DNA from: a bacterium
GTDB lineage: Bacteria; UBA8248
DNA: 64,000 nt
Direction of reading: 5' to 3'
Assembly (NCBI GenBank): GCA_965204535.1
Contig: CBDBEV010000001.1
Coordinates: 2,048,001 to 2,112,000 of the forward strand
Positions 24,021 through 35,574 of the stretch are shown piece by piece. A program made the translations under genes and the position numbers. How positions within the stretch are numbered: position 1 is the stretch's first letter; every line of letters starts with the position of its first letter. The notes beneath the pieces are model-generated. The model was given only the letters and a program-made list of their open reading frames with translations, was not told the origin of the DNA and did no database searches.

Positions 24021-25343
24021 ATGGCCAGACACGTCATCGTGGGCGGTGGCACCGCCGGCTGGAACGCCATCACCACACTCAGGGAACTGGATAAAGGCGA
24101 GTCCGAGATCGTCCTCGTCGCGGACGAGACGCCGTATTCGCGGATGGTGTTGCCTTATTATCTGGCGCGCGACATCGCGGAATCACACGTCTACATCGCA
24201 TCACCCCCCAAGCTCGCCGCGTTGAATGTGGATGCGAGGCTCGGCGCACGGGCCGAGAGAATCGACGCATCCGCAAGCAAACTCATCCTCGAGGGGGGCG
24301 ATGAGATTGAATACGACAATCTCTTGATCGCCACTGGCTCCTCTGCTGTGAAAGCCCCCGTGCCCGGCGCGGACGGGAAAAACGTGCACAGCTTCTGGAC
24401 GTTTCCCCAGGCGCGCGCCGTGGCGTCCGGCGTAGGCGAAGGCGCCCGCGTCGCGATGATCGGCGCGGGATTCATCGCCTTCACGATTCTGAACGCCTTG
24501 GTGAATCAGGGCGTGAAGCTCACCGTCGTGGAACTCGAATCGCGCATCCTGCCGCGCATGATAGACGATACGGGCGCCGGAATCGTTCAGGATTGGCTGA
24601 ACGACCGGGGCGTGGAAGTGAGGACCTCGACGCAAGTGACCTCCATTGAGGACAAAGGGGATGCGAAACTCCTCAAATTCAAGGAAGGTCCCGATCTGGA
24701 AGTCGACCTGGTCATCATGGCCACGGGCATCAAGCCCAACATCGACTGGGTGGCGGACAGCGGCCTCGAGACCAACCAGGGTATTCTGGTGGACGAGCAT
24801 TGCCGAACGAACGTGGCGAACATCTACGCGGCGGGAGATATCGCGGAAGGCCCCGACGCGGTCACTGGCGAGAAGGTCGTGCACGCCATCGAACCTACCG
24901 CCATGCAGCATGGCCGCGTGGCGGCGGCCAACATGGCCGGCCAGGAGGTCGCCTACAAGGGCAGTCTGCTCATGAACATCGTGGACGTTCTCGATATGGA
25001 GATCGCGAGCTTCGGCGCCTGGGACGACCCGGACGCCGAAGTCTTCGAGGCCGTGCGGGCGGAGCGGCCCGCCTACAGGAAACTCCTGTTCCACGGCGGG
25101 AGGCTGACCGGCGCGATCATCCTGGGCAAAACCCGGGAAATCTGGACGACGAACGACGTGGGGATGCTAAAAGGCCTCGTGTACACGGGGGTGGACATCT
25201 CGGAATGGAAAGAACATTTGCGCAATAATCCGTTTGATGTCAAACGCGCGTTTTTGGCCTCGGGCGCCGCGGGCGGCCTGCTGCCGGAAACCGTTTTGGG
25301 GCGTCCGTCGATATCTGCGCATGAAATTGCCATTTCTTCATAA
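24021..25343 (+). CDS. FAD/NAD(P)-dependent oxidoreductase (AOR flavoprotein subunit)
   Basis: VIVGGGTAG, LLIATGS, IGAGFIA, IYAAGD. Confidence 0.9.
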   Translation: MARHVIVGGGTAGWNAITTLRELDKGESEIVLVADETPYSRMVLPYYLARDIAESHVYIASPPKLAALNVDARLGARAERIDASASKLILEGGDEIEYDNLLIATGSSAVKAPVPGADGKNVHSFWTFPQARAVASGVGEGARVAMIGAGFIAFTILNALVNQGVKLTVVELESRILPRMIDDTGAGIVQDWLNDRGVEVRTSTQVTSIEDKGDAKLLKFKEGPDLEVDLVIMATGIKPNIDWVADSGLETNQGILVDEHCRTNVANIYAAGDIAEGPDAVTGEKVVHAIEPTAMQHGRVAAANMAGQEVAYKGSLLMNIVDVLDMEIASFGAWDDPDAEVFEAVRAERPAYRKLLFHGGRLTGAIILGKTREIWTTNDVGMLKGLVYTGVDISEWKEHLRNNPFDVKRAFLASGAAGGLLPETVLGRPSISAHEIAISS

Positions 25344-25360
25344 ACAAGGGGGTCGATGCC

Positions 25361-27232
25361 TTGACTGATTACGCATATGCAGGAGAAATCCTCCGGGTCG
25401 ATCTCTCGAGCGGAAAGACCTGGGGAGAGAAATTCGATGTCGCCGACCGCAGAAAATGGGTAGGCGGCGCGGGCCTGGGCGCCAAGATTCTGTGGGAGGA
25501 AGTGCCGCCCGAAGTGGGTTGGGATCACCCCGAAAACCGGCTCGTTCTGGCCACGGGCCCCCTGGCGGGTCTGCCGGTCTGGGGGACGGGCGGGCTTACC
25601 GTGGTGACCCGGGGTGCGATGACCAACGGCGCGACCAACACCCAGGCGAACGGTTTTTTCGGCGCGAACATCAAGTATTGCGGCTATGACGCCATCGTGT
25701 TCCAGGGAGAGTCGTCCGATTGGGTCTATCTCCACATTAGCGATGACGGGGTGGAGCTTCGCGACGCCTCCGGGTTGCTGGGCCAGGACACCTGGGAGAC
25801 GCAGCAATCGCTTGAGAAGACGCTGAATCTGAGCGGCCACAATTTGAGCGTCTACAGCATCGGGCCCGCGGGCGAGAACCTCGTGCGCTTCTCCGCCATA
25901 CAGGGCGATTACGGCCACGTGGCGAGCAAGAACGGCTGCGGCGCCGTCATGGGCAAGAAAAAGGTGAAGGCGGTGGCTATCGAGCGCGGAACGAAGGGAG
26001 TCGCCGCCGCGCATCCCAAGGCGCTATTCGCCGCGGCGGACGACATCGCCCACAGCTTACAGACCGATCCCTCCACCAAGGGGTTGTACCTGTACGGCAC
26101 TCTCGGCGGCGTCCGGAACTTACAGGGCATGGGGGCGCTCCCGATTCGGAACTACACGACGAACGTATGGCCCGAGGAAGTCGAAACGAAGCAATGGGAG
26201 GCCAACGGCCTGCGCGAGGGTTTCGACCACCGGGGTCATCAGTGCAGTGCGTGCGGCATGCACCATTGCCACATGCAGGTCATCTCCTCCGGCCCCTATA
26301 AGGGGCAGGTGGTGGATGAGCCCGAATACGAGGGTTGGTCGGGTGCGGGCTGGACGATTGGCGCCACGGACCCGCAACAGGTCACCTGGATGAACACCCA
26401 GCTCGATCGCGCCTGTGTGGACGTGAACGAGTTCGGCTGGCTCTGCGGCTGGGTGATGGAGTGCCAGCAAAAAGGCTATATCACGGATCAGGACCTCGGC
26501 TTCCGCTTGGAATGGGGCGATATCGACGGAGCGAACAGGTTGCTCGAGATGATCTGCAAGCGCGAGGGCATGGGCGACTTGCTGGCCGAGGGAACGAAGC
26601 TCGCGGCGGAGAAACTAGGCGGCGAGGCGCAGGATTGCGCCATTTACACGGAAGTCGGCAATTCCCCGAGGGGGCACGACCACCGCTCCCGCTGGGAGGA
26701 GATGATCGATACCTGCACGGGTTCGGGCGGAACGATGGATACGGCTCCCCCGGTGTTCCCGACGGATTACGGTCTGCCCGCACGTGTGCACCCCCAGGAC
26801 GCGGTAGAGGTGCCCAAGCATGTGGGCGGCCTCAGGGGACGACGCGCGTATGAGGATTCTCTGGGGGCGTGCGTCTTTACTACGCGCGCGCCGATGGACG
26901 TTTTGTGCCGATCCATTCAGGCGGCTACCGGATGGGACGTGGACAAGGATGAAGCGATGCAGACCGGCCGGCGCATCAACGCCTTGATGCGCGCGTTCAA
27001 CTTGCGCTGCGGCATTGGGCCTGAAGTCGAGAAACCATCCAAACGATACGGTTCCACGCCGGTGGATGGGCCAATCGCGGGCGTCTCGATCATGGAGCAA
27101 TGGGAGAAAATGCTCGATATATGGTACGAGACGACCGGCTACGACAGGGAGACGGGCCGCCCCAAGCCCGAGCTTTTGCGCGAACTTGATCTGGAAGATG
27201 TCGCCGAGGCGCTATGGGGTGCGAACGTATAG
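25361..27232 (+). CDS. Aldehyde ferredoxin oxidoreductase family (tungstopterin) catalytic subunit
   Basis: ILRVDLSSG, SIGPAGENLV, GAVMGKKKVKAV, CSAC..HC, PEYE, DSLGAC. Confidence 0.92.
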   Translation: MTDYAYAGEILRVDLSSGKTWGEKFDVADRRKWVGGAGLGAKILWEEVPPEVGWDHPENRLVLATGPLAGLPVWGTGGLTVVTRGAMTNGATNTQANGFFGANIKYCGYDAIVFQGESSDWVYLHISDDGVELRDASGLLGQDTWETQQSLEKTLNLSGHNLSVYSIGPAGENLVRFSAIQGDYGHVASKNGCGAVMGKKKVKAVAIERGTKGVAAAHPKALFAAADDIAHSLQTDPSTKGLYLYGTLGGVRNLQGMGALPIRNYTTNVWPEEVETKQWEANGLREGFDHRGHQCSACGMHHCHMQVISSGPYKGQVVDEPEYEGWSGAGWTIGATDPQQVTWMNTQLDRACVDVNEFGWLCGWVMECQQKGYITDQDLGFRLEWGDIDGANRLLEMICKREGMGDLLAEGTKLAAEKLGGEAQDCAIYTEVGNSPRGHDHRSRWEEMIDTCTGSGGTMDTAPPVFPTDYGLPARVHPQDAVEVPKHVGGLRGRRAYEDSLGACVFTTRAPMDVLCRSIQAATGWDVDKDEAMQTGRRINALMRAFNLRCGIGPEVEKPSKRYGSTPVDGPIAGVSIMEQWEKMLDIWYETTGYDRETGRPKPELLRELDLEDVAEALWGANV

Positions 27233-27259
27233 CTCACCTTGGAGACAGGGGATGACGCG

Positions 27260-27586
27260 ATGAGCGAGACGAAAAGCGTCAAGGGAATTTGCGTCCGGCT
27301 GGAGTTCATCTCCTGGGCGTCGACTTTCGTGGGCGGTGACGGAAACGAGCGAAAGGTTTTCGATGAGGAAGTCCCCGAAGGCGCCACGCTTCGCGACGTC
27401 CTCAAAAAGATGAGCCGACGCTACAGGTCTCTGGATGAAGCGCTTTGGCACAACGGAACCGGCCAGCTGGCCGAACACCTCGAAATTGCCGTGAATGATG
27501 CGCTCCTGGGCATACACCACACGCTCGATTCCGAGATGAAAGAGGGAGACCTCGTCCTCTTGATGGGACAATACATGGGGGGATAA
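27260..27586 (+). CDS. MoaD/ThiS family sulfur carrier
   Basis: Ubiquitin-like size, C-terminal GG, follows the AOR gene. Confidence 0.85.
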   Translation: MSETKSVKGICVRLEFISWASTFVGGDGNERKVFDEEVPEGATLRDVLKKMSRRYRSLDEALWHNGTGQLAEHLEIAVNDALLGIHHTLDSEMKEGDLVLLMGQYMGG

Positions 27587-27694
27587 ACGAATAACGTCTT
27601 TCGGTATCTACAAAGTTTCCCTGCTCATAAGTCTGGGCATCTGCCTTTAGAACTTCCGAAAAAGCTTTGTATCTGTTTCCTTGAAATAGTCGAG

Positions 27695-28159
27695 TTAAAA
27701 CGGATGATTCGGGTCGAGCATTCCTAAAAATTCACTACAGCGTTTCGTCTCGGCAGATTCTCCGATGGCGTCGGCGCATTGCGCCAAGCCATGAATGGCG
27801 CGCAAAAACGGCTGATTGGCGGGGATTTCCCAGGGGATGCGCCCATCGCCGCGCCAGCCCGAGGCGCGGGCCTTGTCCAGCCCCCTGTGATAGGCGACCC
27901 GAAAGTAGGCGTATGCGCTAATCGTCTCTTCGTTTGCAAGCGCAATCCGCCCCATGGCCACCCAGCCGGACAGGGCGTCCGGGTATCGAGCCACGAGACT
28001 TTGCAGTTTCTCCATATATAGCCTGCGGTTTTCTTCGCTCGATAAAATGGCATCGCAAAGCGAATCCAGCGCGCCGAGTTCTTCCGGTTCAGGTGGAAGC
28101 GCTGTCCTGGGCACTCCATCCGAGGAGATGTCGAGCAAATCATCGGTTTCATTCGGCAT
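27695..28159 (-). CDS. DUF3151-like protein
   Basis: AYAYFRVAYHRGLD..R.SGWRG.G.IPW....NQPFLRA pattern recalled from this family. Confidence 0.7.
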   Translation of the reverse strand: MPNETDDLLDISSDGVPRTALPPEPEELGALDSLCDAILSSEENRRLYMEKLQSLVARYPDALSGWVAMGRIALANEETISAYAYFRVAYHRGLDKARASGWRGDGRIPWEIPANQPFLRAIHGLAQCADAIGESAETKRCSEFLGMLDPNHPF

Positions 28160-28328
28160 TATCCATTCCTTTTCGTGAAGTTTCTGAATGTCATTATACC
28201 TTTTGCGTCATGATGGCACATTTGTCATTTGATATTGACGTCCCGAGGTCGGTTTGTTAGCTTCAATCCGCCCGAGATGTTCCGTAACATTCCCCACGCC
28301 TGAATAAAAAGTCTGGAGGTCCCACTCG

Positions 28329-29585
28329 ATGTCATCGGCACTTTCGCTGAGAGATCCCGATATTTTCGCCGCCATGGAAGATGAAAGAGAACGCCAGGCG
28401 GACGAGCTCGAACTCATCGCTTCGGAGAACTACGTGAGCAAAGCGGTGATGGAGGCGGTAGGCGGCGTGATGACGAACAAATATGCGGAGGGATTTCCGG
28501 GAAGACGCTACTATGGCGGGTGTCAGTTCGTGGATGTGGCCGAATCCCTCGCCATCGAGCGGGCGAAGTCTCTTTTCGGTATGGATCACGCTTCCGTGCA
28601 GCCGCACAGCGGCGCCCAGGCAAACGCCGCGGTGTATTACGGCCTGCTGGAGCCGGGCGATACGCTTTTGGGGATGAACCTCTCGCATGGCGGCCACCTG
28701 ACCCATGGGCATCCTGTCACTTTCTCGGGGCGGTGGTTCAAGGTGGTGGCGTATGGCGTGGATCCCGAGAATCACGTCATCGATTTCGACGAAGTGGAAA
28801 GCCAGGCCAAGGAGCACCGTCCCAAAATCATCGTCGTGGGGGCGAGCGCATATCCGCGGGCGATCGATTATGCGCGCTTCAGGGAGATTGCAGATGAAGT
28901 GGGCGCCGTGGTGATGGCGGATATTGCCCACGTTGCGGGGTTGATCGCGGGCGGCGCGCACTCCAGCCCTGCGGGCCATGCGCAGATTGTAACCACCACG
29001 ACGCACAAGACGCTCCGGGGTCCTCGCGGCGGGATGATTCTTTGCGACGAAGACTACGCGACCGAGATGAATAAAGCTGTTTTCCCCGGCCTTCAAGGCG
29101 GACCCTTGATGCACGTCGTCGCGGCCAAGGCGGTGGCGTTCAAGGAGGCAAGCACCCCGGAGTTCAGGGCCTATTCAGAGCAGATTGTGAAAAATGCAAA
29201 GGCGCTTGCGAATGCACTCTTGGAACGCGGCATCCATCTCGTCTCGGGCGGTACGGACAATCACCTGATTCTACTCGATCTGCGTGAGGCCGGTTTCAGC
29301 GGCAAGAAGGCGGAAGCCGCCTTGGGCCAGGCGGGAATCACGGTGAATAAAAACGCGATTCCTTTCGACACCAGAAAGCCGGCTTTCACGAGCGGGATCC
29401 GCGTCGGGACGCCCGCGTTGACTTCGCGCCACATGAAAGAGGCCGAGATGAAAATCGTGGGCGGCTGGATAGCCGACGTGCTGGCCGATATTACGGATGA
29501 AGCGCGTATCGCCTCGGTGAGGGAAGACGTACGCTCGCTTTGTGAGAAATTTCCGATGGGTCCGGACGGATCCAGGCCGGAGTAA
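28329..29585 (+). CDS. glyA: Serine hydroxymethyltransferase
   Basis: [37 protein letters not shown]. Confidence 0.98.
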   Translation: MSSALSLRDPDIFAAMEDERERQADELELIASENYVSKAVMEAVGGVMTNKYAEGFPGRRYYGGCQFVDVAESLAIERAKSLFGMDHASVQPHSGAQANAAVYYGLLEPGDTLLGMNLSHGGHLTHGHPVTFSGRWFKVVAYGVDPENHVIDFDEVESQAKEHRPKIIVVGASAYPRAIDYARFREIADEVGAVVMADIAHVAGLIAGGAHSSPAGHAQIVTTTTHKTLRGPRGGMILCDEDYATEMNKAVFPGLQGGPLMHVVAAKAVAFKEASTPEFRAYSEQIVKNAKALANALLERGIHLVSGGTDNHLILLDLREAGFSGKKAEAALGQAGITVNKNAIPFDTRKPAFTSGIRVGTPALTSRHMKEAEMKIVGGWIADVLADITDEARIASVREDVRSLCEKFPMGPDGSRPE

Positions 29586-29600
29586 AGCGGCGCCTCTGAG

Positions 29601-31013
29601 CTACGGAGGCGGTGTTTCCACTTTCACCACACCCATTTTTTCGAGTTGATGCACGAACGCCAGCGTATGGTGGTCCGCAAAAGGCGCACCCATAATTTGC
29701 GCGCCAAGCGGCAGGCCCTCCTCGCTCATGCCCGATGGAAACGCGGTGGACGGCCCGCCGAGGAAATTCCAAAGCCTTGTCAAGGAGATCATGAGCGTTC
29801 GAATCTCGACTTCTTTCCCACGCACCGTTCCGGTCGACTGAGAGTGCAAAGCGGCGGGGACCGGCGTGGCGGCGGAGAGAACGAGGTCTACCTGGCCGTA
29901 TACCTCTTTGCAGATTTGCTTCGTCCATTGCTCTCTGAATCGAAGCGCCTGGATATACGATGTGGCGGAAATGAAAAAACCGGGCCTGATTCTCTCAAGA
30001 ACCGCGGGATCAAAATCTTGCGCGTTTTCTCTTATGTTTTTTTCATGCACGGCCGCCGCTTCGGATACCATCAGCACGGCCGCCGCATGAAACGCGGTTT
30101 CGACATCGGGTATTTCAATATCGACAACTTTGGCGCCCATTTCCTGAAGCGTCTTTGCCAGATTGTTCACCGCTTCCGCCACGGGAGGTTCCGAGCGTTG
30201 TTCATAGTATTTTCGCGCGTGGCCGATGCGGAATTCTTCGATGGGTTTGCTCAGCGCCCCCATGAAGTCGGGTGGCTCACAGGCGATGGATGAGGCGTCG
30301 GCCGGGTCGTGTCCCGCGATGGCGGACATCATGAGCGCGCAGTCCTGGGCGGACCTCGCCAATGGTCCGAAAGAATCGAGCGACCACGACAACGGCGCGC
30401 AGTTTGATTTCGTGACAAGGCCATGCGTGGGTTTATGCCCTATGACGCCGCACAAAGATGCGGGAATCCGAATAGACCCACCCGTATCGGAGCCGATGGC
30501 GATGGAAACCTGGCCCGTCGCCACGCTGTTGCCCGACCCGCCGCTCGACCCGCCCGTGACCCGCTGGGTATCCCACGGGTTTTTCTGATCTCCGTAATGG
30601 GGGTTGTGCCCGGTGGGGCCAAAGGCGAATTCATGCAGGTTGAGTTTTCCGAGTATCACGCCGCCTGCGCGGCGTATCTTTCGGGCCAGCAAAGCATCTG
30701 AGTCCGCGACGTTTTCTTTGTCGATGATGCTGCCCGCCGTGGTCGGCAGGCCCTCCATATCGATCAAGTCTTTCAGTCCTATCGGCGCCCCGGCCATGGA
30801 CCCCGGGTCGTCACCTCGGGAGATGGCGGCGTCCACTTCCTGCGCCGCCTTCATGGCTCCTTCCGAATCGAGCTTGATCCAGGAGTTCAAAGCCTCCCCG
30901 ATTTTCTCAGAGCGTTCCAGATGCGCCTCGGTGACTTCGGCGGCGCTGATAGTTCTCTCTTTGATTCGTGCGGCGATTTCTGCAGCGGTGAGGGTCGTGA
31001 GGATATCGGCCAA
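29601..31013 (-). CDS. Amidase signature family protein
   Basis: GLKDLI, GGSSGGSG, GSDTGGSIRIPASLCG. Confidence 0.93.
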   Translation of the reverse strand: MADILTTLTAAEIAARIKERTISAAEVTEAHLERSEKIGEALNSWIKLDSEGAMKAAQEVDAAISRGDDPGSMAGAPIGLKDLIDMEGLPTTAGSIIDKENVADSDALLARKIRRAGGVILGKLNLHEFAFGPTGHNPHYGDQKNPWDTQRVTGGSSGGSGNSVATGQVSIAIGSDTGGSIRIPASLCGVIGHKPTHGLVTKSNCAPLSWSLDSFGPLARSAQDCALMMSAIAGHDPADASSIACEPPDFMGALSKPIEEFRIGHARKYYEQRSEPPVAEAVNNLAKTLQEMGAKVVDIEIPDVETAFHAAAVLMVSEAAAVHEKNIRENAQDFDPAVLERIRPGFFISATSYIQALRFREQWTKQICKEVYGQVDLVLSAATPVPAALHSQSTGTVRGKEVEIRTLMISLTRLWNFLGGPSTAFPSGMSEEGLPLGAQIMGAPFADHHTLAFVHQLEKMGVVKVETPPP

Positions 31014-31014
31014 T

Positions 31015-31215
31015 TTATTTCTCCCTCGTGAGGGAGCGCAAGAATCCGGAGTGTCCGGCAGGTTCTGTTTTTGGTGATAGGTTTTCCACTAATTGTGGAT
31101 TTCCTTTTTCCATGTTTTCCATTGTGGCGATGATAACGGCGCGGCGCTCGGAGTCGAGTGAATCACCGAACACGTCTTCACACCGGGATATTAGCGAATC
31201 CTCTGAAATCGGCAT
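31015..31215 (-). CDS. Small hypothetical protein coupled to the amidase
   Basis: ATG at 31215 with a CAGGAG SD; stop abuts the amidase start; 66 aa. Confidence 0.55.
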   Translation of the reverse strand: MPISEDSLISRCEDVFGDSLDSERRAVIIATMENMEKGNPQLVENLSPKTEPAGHSGFLRSLTREK

Positions 31216-31447
31216 ATTTTCTCCTGAGCGAAGAAGGACCTTATGAACATTGGATGGTGTGGCGATTGATTCATGAATGGACACATGATGCTTTTTCTCA
31301 AAAAGTATTGCAATTGAAAAAGCGGAATGGTTTCGATAATGGCGCGGAAGCTTTAGAAGGATTTTCGTTTTCCTGTTGGTTGCCTCTGCTCAAGTCTAGA
31401 GGCAAAATAAAGGTGCTTTTGTTCGACTTCGCCCTCCAGGGGAACTC

Positions 31448-32095
31448 TTGAGTAAATTCAACAGGTTCATCTTCATTATCGCGTTTTTGCCACTATGGGT
31501 AAATGGATGTGTGCCCGGAGCGTTTATGGTCGCCCAAAAGGGTATAAAGAGCGCCTTTGAGGACCGCTCTCTGAACCAGCAGCTTGAAGATGCGAAAATA
31601 CATGCGAATTTATTGCAAGAGTATTTGCGTGTGGATAGTGGTTTGCCTGTCGACGTGAATACGGACGTGTGGGAAGGAAGGGTGTTGTTGACCGGCGTGG
31701 TGGATGCGGAGAGAAAGCGAGAAGCTGTTTTGAGTATTGCGAGGGGCGACCCCAGAATCAAGGCTATATATAATCATATCCTTCTCGGCTCTTCGGACGA
31801 GGTCGAACGCAACCGCGCAGCGGCGAAGACGAAACCGGCCGTAGAGCGCGATATCGTCAAGCTCAGCCGGATTGCCAGCGATGCGTGGATAGAAGCCAAG
31901 CTCAAGGGTCAACTCTTGACGGCAGAGGGCGTGAATTCCGTGAATTACCGCTGGCAGTCCGTGAGAAACAAGGTCTATGTACTCGGCCGTGCAAGAACGG
32001 AACTTGAAAAGAATTTGGTCCTCCAGATTATTCGCGGAACAAAGGGTGTGATTCATCTCGAAGAATATATTCAGGTAAAATTGGTTCAGAAATAA
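31448..32095 (+). CDS. BON-domain lipoprotein (YraP/DolP-like)
   Basis: Lipobox VNGC; two BON domains (EDAKI...GRVLLTG; SDAWIEAKLK...VYVLG). Confidence 0.85.
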   Translation: MSKFNRFIFIIAFLPLWVNGCVPGAFMVAQKGIKSAFEDRSLNQQLEDAKIHANLLQEYLRVDSGLPVDVNTDVWEGRVLLTGVVDAERKREAVLSIARGDPRIKAIYNHILLGSSDEVERNRAAAKTKPAVERDIVKLSRIASDAWIEAKLKGQLLTAEGVNSVNYRWQSVRNKVYVLGRARTELEKNLVLQIIRGTKGVIHLEEYIQVKLVQK

Positions 32096-32135
32096 AATTT
32101 CCCCGAAATTCTGCTTTCAAGTGGTTTTCGAATAG

Positions 32136-33149
32136 ATGATTCGTTTGAGTGTTTTGGATCAATCTCCCATCCGATCGGGAGGAACGGCGGCGGACGCCAT
32201 CGGCGAGACCGTCGAGTTGGCGCAAACCGCCGAACGCCTGGGCTATTACCGCTACTGGCTGGCGGAACATCACAGCCATGGGGCGTTCGCCGGCACTTCA
32301 CCCGAAGTCTTGATCGGCCAAATCGCCGCGAAGACGAAGACGATTCGTGTGGGCTCGGGCGGGGTCATGCTCAGCCATTACAGCGCGCTCAAGGTGGCCG
32401 AATCGTTCCGGGTGCTGGAGACGCTCTATCCGGGCCGCGTCGATTTGGGTTTGGGCCGCGCCCCCGGAGCCGACAGGCTCACGTCTGCGGCTTTGGCGCC
32501 TGAGCAGAGTGGTTTTCGCTACGATGATTTCCCGCAAAAAGTCTCTGACCTTCGAGGTTGGATTGATGGGTCGTTGCCGGAGGACCACCCCTTCGCCCGG
32601 ATACGTGCCATGCCCACCGGAGAGACGGCACCCGAAATGTGGCTCTTGGGAACCTCGGACCAAAGCGCGATTCTCGCCGCGCATTTCGGTTGCGCTTTTT
32701 CATTCGCCCATTTCATCAACGCGTATGGCAGCGTCCAGGTGATGGATATGTACCGGAGGGATTTTCGTCCATCGGCCAAGTGGAAAGAGCCCGCGGGAAG
32801 TCTGGCGGTTTTTGTGATTTGCGCACCGAGCGAAGAAGAAGCGCTCTACCATGCGGCCAGCAGGCCTCTGGTCATGCTCAGAAGCCGCCGCGGCGAGGGA
32901 GGAGGCGTACCTACTCCCGAGGAGGCGCTCGCCTATCCATGGACGAACATGGAGCGCGCCTTTGCCGAGGATATCGACAGCAGAACCATCGCGGGAGATC
33001 CGGTGCAGGTCAAGGAAAAGCTTCAGGTACTGGCTTCAGAGCATAAAGTCGAGGAACTCATCGTCGTGAATGTGATGTACAGCTTCGAGGCCAGAGTGAA
33101 ATCCTATGAACTTTTGGCTGAGATTTTCGGGTTGAAGGGAAACCCGTAA
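32136..33149 (+). CDS. LLM class flavin-dependent oxidoreductase (YhbW-like)
   Basis: LSVLDQSPI, YWLAEHH, RVGSGGVML, GLGRAPG. Confidence 0.92.
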   Translation: MIRLSVLDQSPIRSGGTAADAIGETVELAQTAERLGYYRYWLAEHHSHGAFAGTSPEVLIGQIAAKTKTIRVGSGGVMLSHYSALKVAESFRVLETLYPGRVDLGLGRAPGADRLTSAALAPEQSGFRYDDFPQKVSDLRGWIDGSLPEDHPFARIRAMPTGETAPEMWLLGTSDQSAILAAHFGCAFSFAHFINAYGSVQVMDMYRRDFRPSAKWKEPAGSLAVFVICAPSEEEALYHAASRPLVMLRSRRGEGGGVPTPEEALAYPWTNMERAFAEDIDSRTIAGDPVQVKEKLQVLASEHKVEELIVVNVMYSFEARVKSYELLAEIFGLKGNP

Positions 33150-33266
33150 GGCCTTAGACCCGAAAAGATGGTTCTGTTACGCTTCGCCGTCACCATGAGG
33201 CTCATAATTTGTACGGCTATCAGTGACGATGTGTTTTTGCCCACAAGTATTCTAAAGGAGTAGTTC

Positions 33267-33764
33267 ATGGCGCTTTCCGCTGTAATGACAACGAGCCGGG
33301 GTGAGATACGGCTCGATTTGCATGAAGACAAAACCCCGGTGACGGTGGCCAACTTTGCGAACCTCGCGAAACGGGGTTTCTACGATGGTCTTGTTTTTCA
33401 CCGTGTGATCTCCGATTTCATGATTCAAGGCGGCTGTCCATTGGGCGCGGGTACGGGTGGCCCCGGCTACAAATTCGAAGACGAGTGCTCGCCCGATCTT
33501 CCCCATGACGGTCCGGGCGTTCTTTCGATGGCGAACGCAGGCCCGGGCACCAACGGTTCTCAGTTTTTCATAACGCACGTGCCCACCGCCTGGCTCGACG
33601 GCAATCATACCGTTTTTGGACGCGTCACTTCCGGTCAGGAGGTGGTGGATGCGATTGAGCAGGGTGACGGGATTGAGAGAGTCGAGATAGAGGGCGACAC
33701 CTCCGAGTTGTTCGAAGCGCAAAAAGACAGAATTGCAGAGTGGAACAAGATACTGGATGGCTAG
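33267..33764 (+). CDS. Cyclophilin-type peptidyl-prolyl isomerase
   Basis: [36 protein letters not shown]. Confidence 0.96.
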   Translation: MALSAVMTTSRGEIRLDLHEDKTPVTVANFANLAKRGFYDGLVFHRVISDFMIQGGCPLGAGTGGPGYKFEDECSPDLPHDGPGVLSMANAGPGTNGSQFFITHVPTAWLDGNHTVFGRVTSGQEVVDAIEQGDGIERVEIEGDTSELFEAQKDRIAEWNKILDG

Positions 33765-33768
33765 AGCG

Positions 33769-35574
33769 TCAGGCGTGTTTTCGGGCCTTTAGTTCTGTTT
33801 TACGCAACCGGAAGATTTCGGGGGTTACTTCCAGGCATTCGCCCTCGCGCAAGAATTCGAGTGCTTCTTCCAGACTGAATCGTTTAGGCGGAATGAGTTG
33901 AGCGGATATATCGGCGTGGGCGGCCCGGATGTTGGTGAGTTTTTTCTCCTTTGAAATGTTCACGAACATGTCCTGTTCGCGGCTGTTCTCGCCGATGATC
34001 ATCCCCTCATAGACTTCTTCCGTCGGCGCGACGAAGAGAATGCCGCGCTCTTGTATGTTTTCCACCGCGTAAGATGTGGCTTTGCCCGCACGGTCCGATA
34101 TCAATGCGCCCGTCGATCTGCCCGGAAGATCGCCCGCCCATTCACTCCATCCGGCGAAAATGTGGGTGAGTATGCCTGTACCCCGTGTCTGGGTGAGGAA
34201 TTCGTTGCGATAGCCGATGAGACCCCGGCTGGGAATGGAAAATTCGAGTCGTGCATGTCCTCTGCCATGGTTGATCATTTTGGTCATTTTACCTTTGCGC
34301 GCGCCCAAGCCCTGTGTAATGGCCCCGATGAATTCTTCCCGAATGTCCACTACCGCGTTTTCCATAGGCTCCATGATTTTGCCGTCTTGTTTGTGCGTGA
34401 TGACCTCGGGTCGGCCGACGGTGAGTTCGTATTGCTCGCGCCTGAGTTGCTCGATGAGCACGGCGAGTTGTAAAGAACCTCGGCCGGATACCCGCAAGGC
34501 GTCCGCAGAGTTGGTCTCCTCGACTTTAATGGCCACATTGTTCCTCGCCTCCCTCAAGAGTCGTTCTCGAATCTGGCGCGAAGTGAGATATTTCCCGCTG
34601 CGACCCGCCAGGGGAGTATCGTTAATTCTGAAATTCATGGCGATGGTGGGTTCATCGACGCTGATGGCGGGAAGCGGGACCGGGTTGTCCACATCTGCTA
34701 TGGTGTCCCCGATTTCCACGTGCTCCAAGCCGGCTACGGCAACGATGTCACCTCCGCGCGCTTCTTGCATCTGGTAGCGGCTCAATCCTTCATAACCGAA
34801 TAATGAAGTGATCTCCCATTTCGTCTTCTTTTCCTCTCTCCCGAGCGCCAAGACATGAGATTTTTCTTTGAGGGAGCCATTCCAGATTCGGCCGATGGAG
34901 AGACGGCCAACATAGCTGTCGTATTCGAGTCGAGAGACGAGCATCTGTAGCGGCATGTCGGTTTTATATGAGGGAGGGGGTATCGCGTTCTCAAGGGTAT
35001 GGAACAAGGGCTTCAAAGTTGGAGATAATTCGTCAGGTTCGAAGCCGGCTTTGCCCTCACGAGCGACGGCGTAGATTACGGGAAAATCGAGCTGGGCTTC
35101 TCCGGCGTCCAGATCGATGAACAGATCGTATATTTCGTCGAGCACTTGCTCGGGTCTTGCGTCTGGGCGATCTATTTTGTTGACGACCACGACGAAGGGG
35201 AGTTTTTGCTCCAGGGCTTTACTGACCACGAACCGTGTTTGCGGCAGTGGCCCTTCCGAAGCGTCGACCAAAAGCATCACGCCATCCACCATGGAGAGGA
35301 CGCGTTCCACCTCTCCGCCGAAATCCGCATGGCCCGGTGTGTCCACGATGTTGTAGCGGATCCCGTTGAAATCAATGGCGCAGTTTTTCGCCATGATGGT
35401 GATTCCCTTTTCCCGTTCGAGATCCATCGAATCAAGAACCCGCTCGGCCACGTCTTGACCTTCGCGGAAGATGCCGCTTTGCCAGAGCATGGAATCCACC
35501 AGGGTGGTTTTGCCGTGATCGACATGAGCGATGATGGCGAGGTTCCTCAGGTCGGTTCGTTCCATGATAGCCAT
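33769..35574 (-). CDS. typA: Translational GTPase TypA/BipA
   Basis: [38 protein letters not shown]-terminal EVTP..FRLRK. Confidence 0.96.
   Translation of the reverse strand: MAIMERTDLRNLAIIAHVDHGKTTLVDSMLWQSGIFREGQDVAERVLDSMDLEREKGITIMAKNCAIDFNGIRYNIVDTPGHADFGGEVERVLSMVDGVMLLVDASEGPLPQTRFVVSKALEQKLPFVVVVNKIDRPDARPEQVLDEIYDLFIDLDAGEAQLDFPVIYAVAREGKAGFEPDELSPTLKPLFHTLENAIPPPSYKTDMPLQMLVSRLEYDSYVGRLSIGRIWNGSLKEKSHVLALGREEKKTKWEITSLFGYEGLSRYQMQEARGGDIVAVAGLEHVEIGDTIADVDNPVPLPAISVDEPTIAMNFRINDTPLAGRSGKYLTSRQIRERLLREARNNVAIKVEETNSADALRVSGRGSLQLAVLIEQLRREQYELTVGRPEVITHKQDGKIMEPMENAVVDIREEFIGAITQGLGARKGKMTKMINHGRGHARLEFSIPSRGLIGYRNEFLTQTRGTGILTHIFAGWSEWAGDLPGRSTGALISDRAGKATSYAVENIQERGILFVAPTEEVYEGMIIGENSREQDMFVNISKEKKLTNIRAAHADISAQLIPPKRFSLEEALEFLREGECLEVTPEIFRLRKTELKARKHA

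Noticed and set aside
29601-31013. Calling the amidase gatA
   Set aside because: No gatB nearby, and the sequence fits a generic amidase
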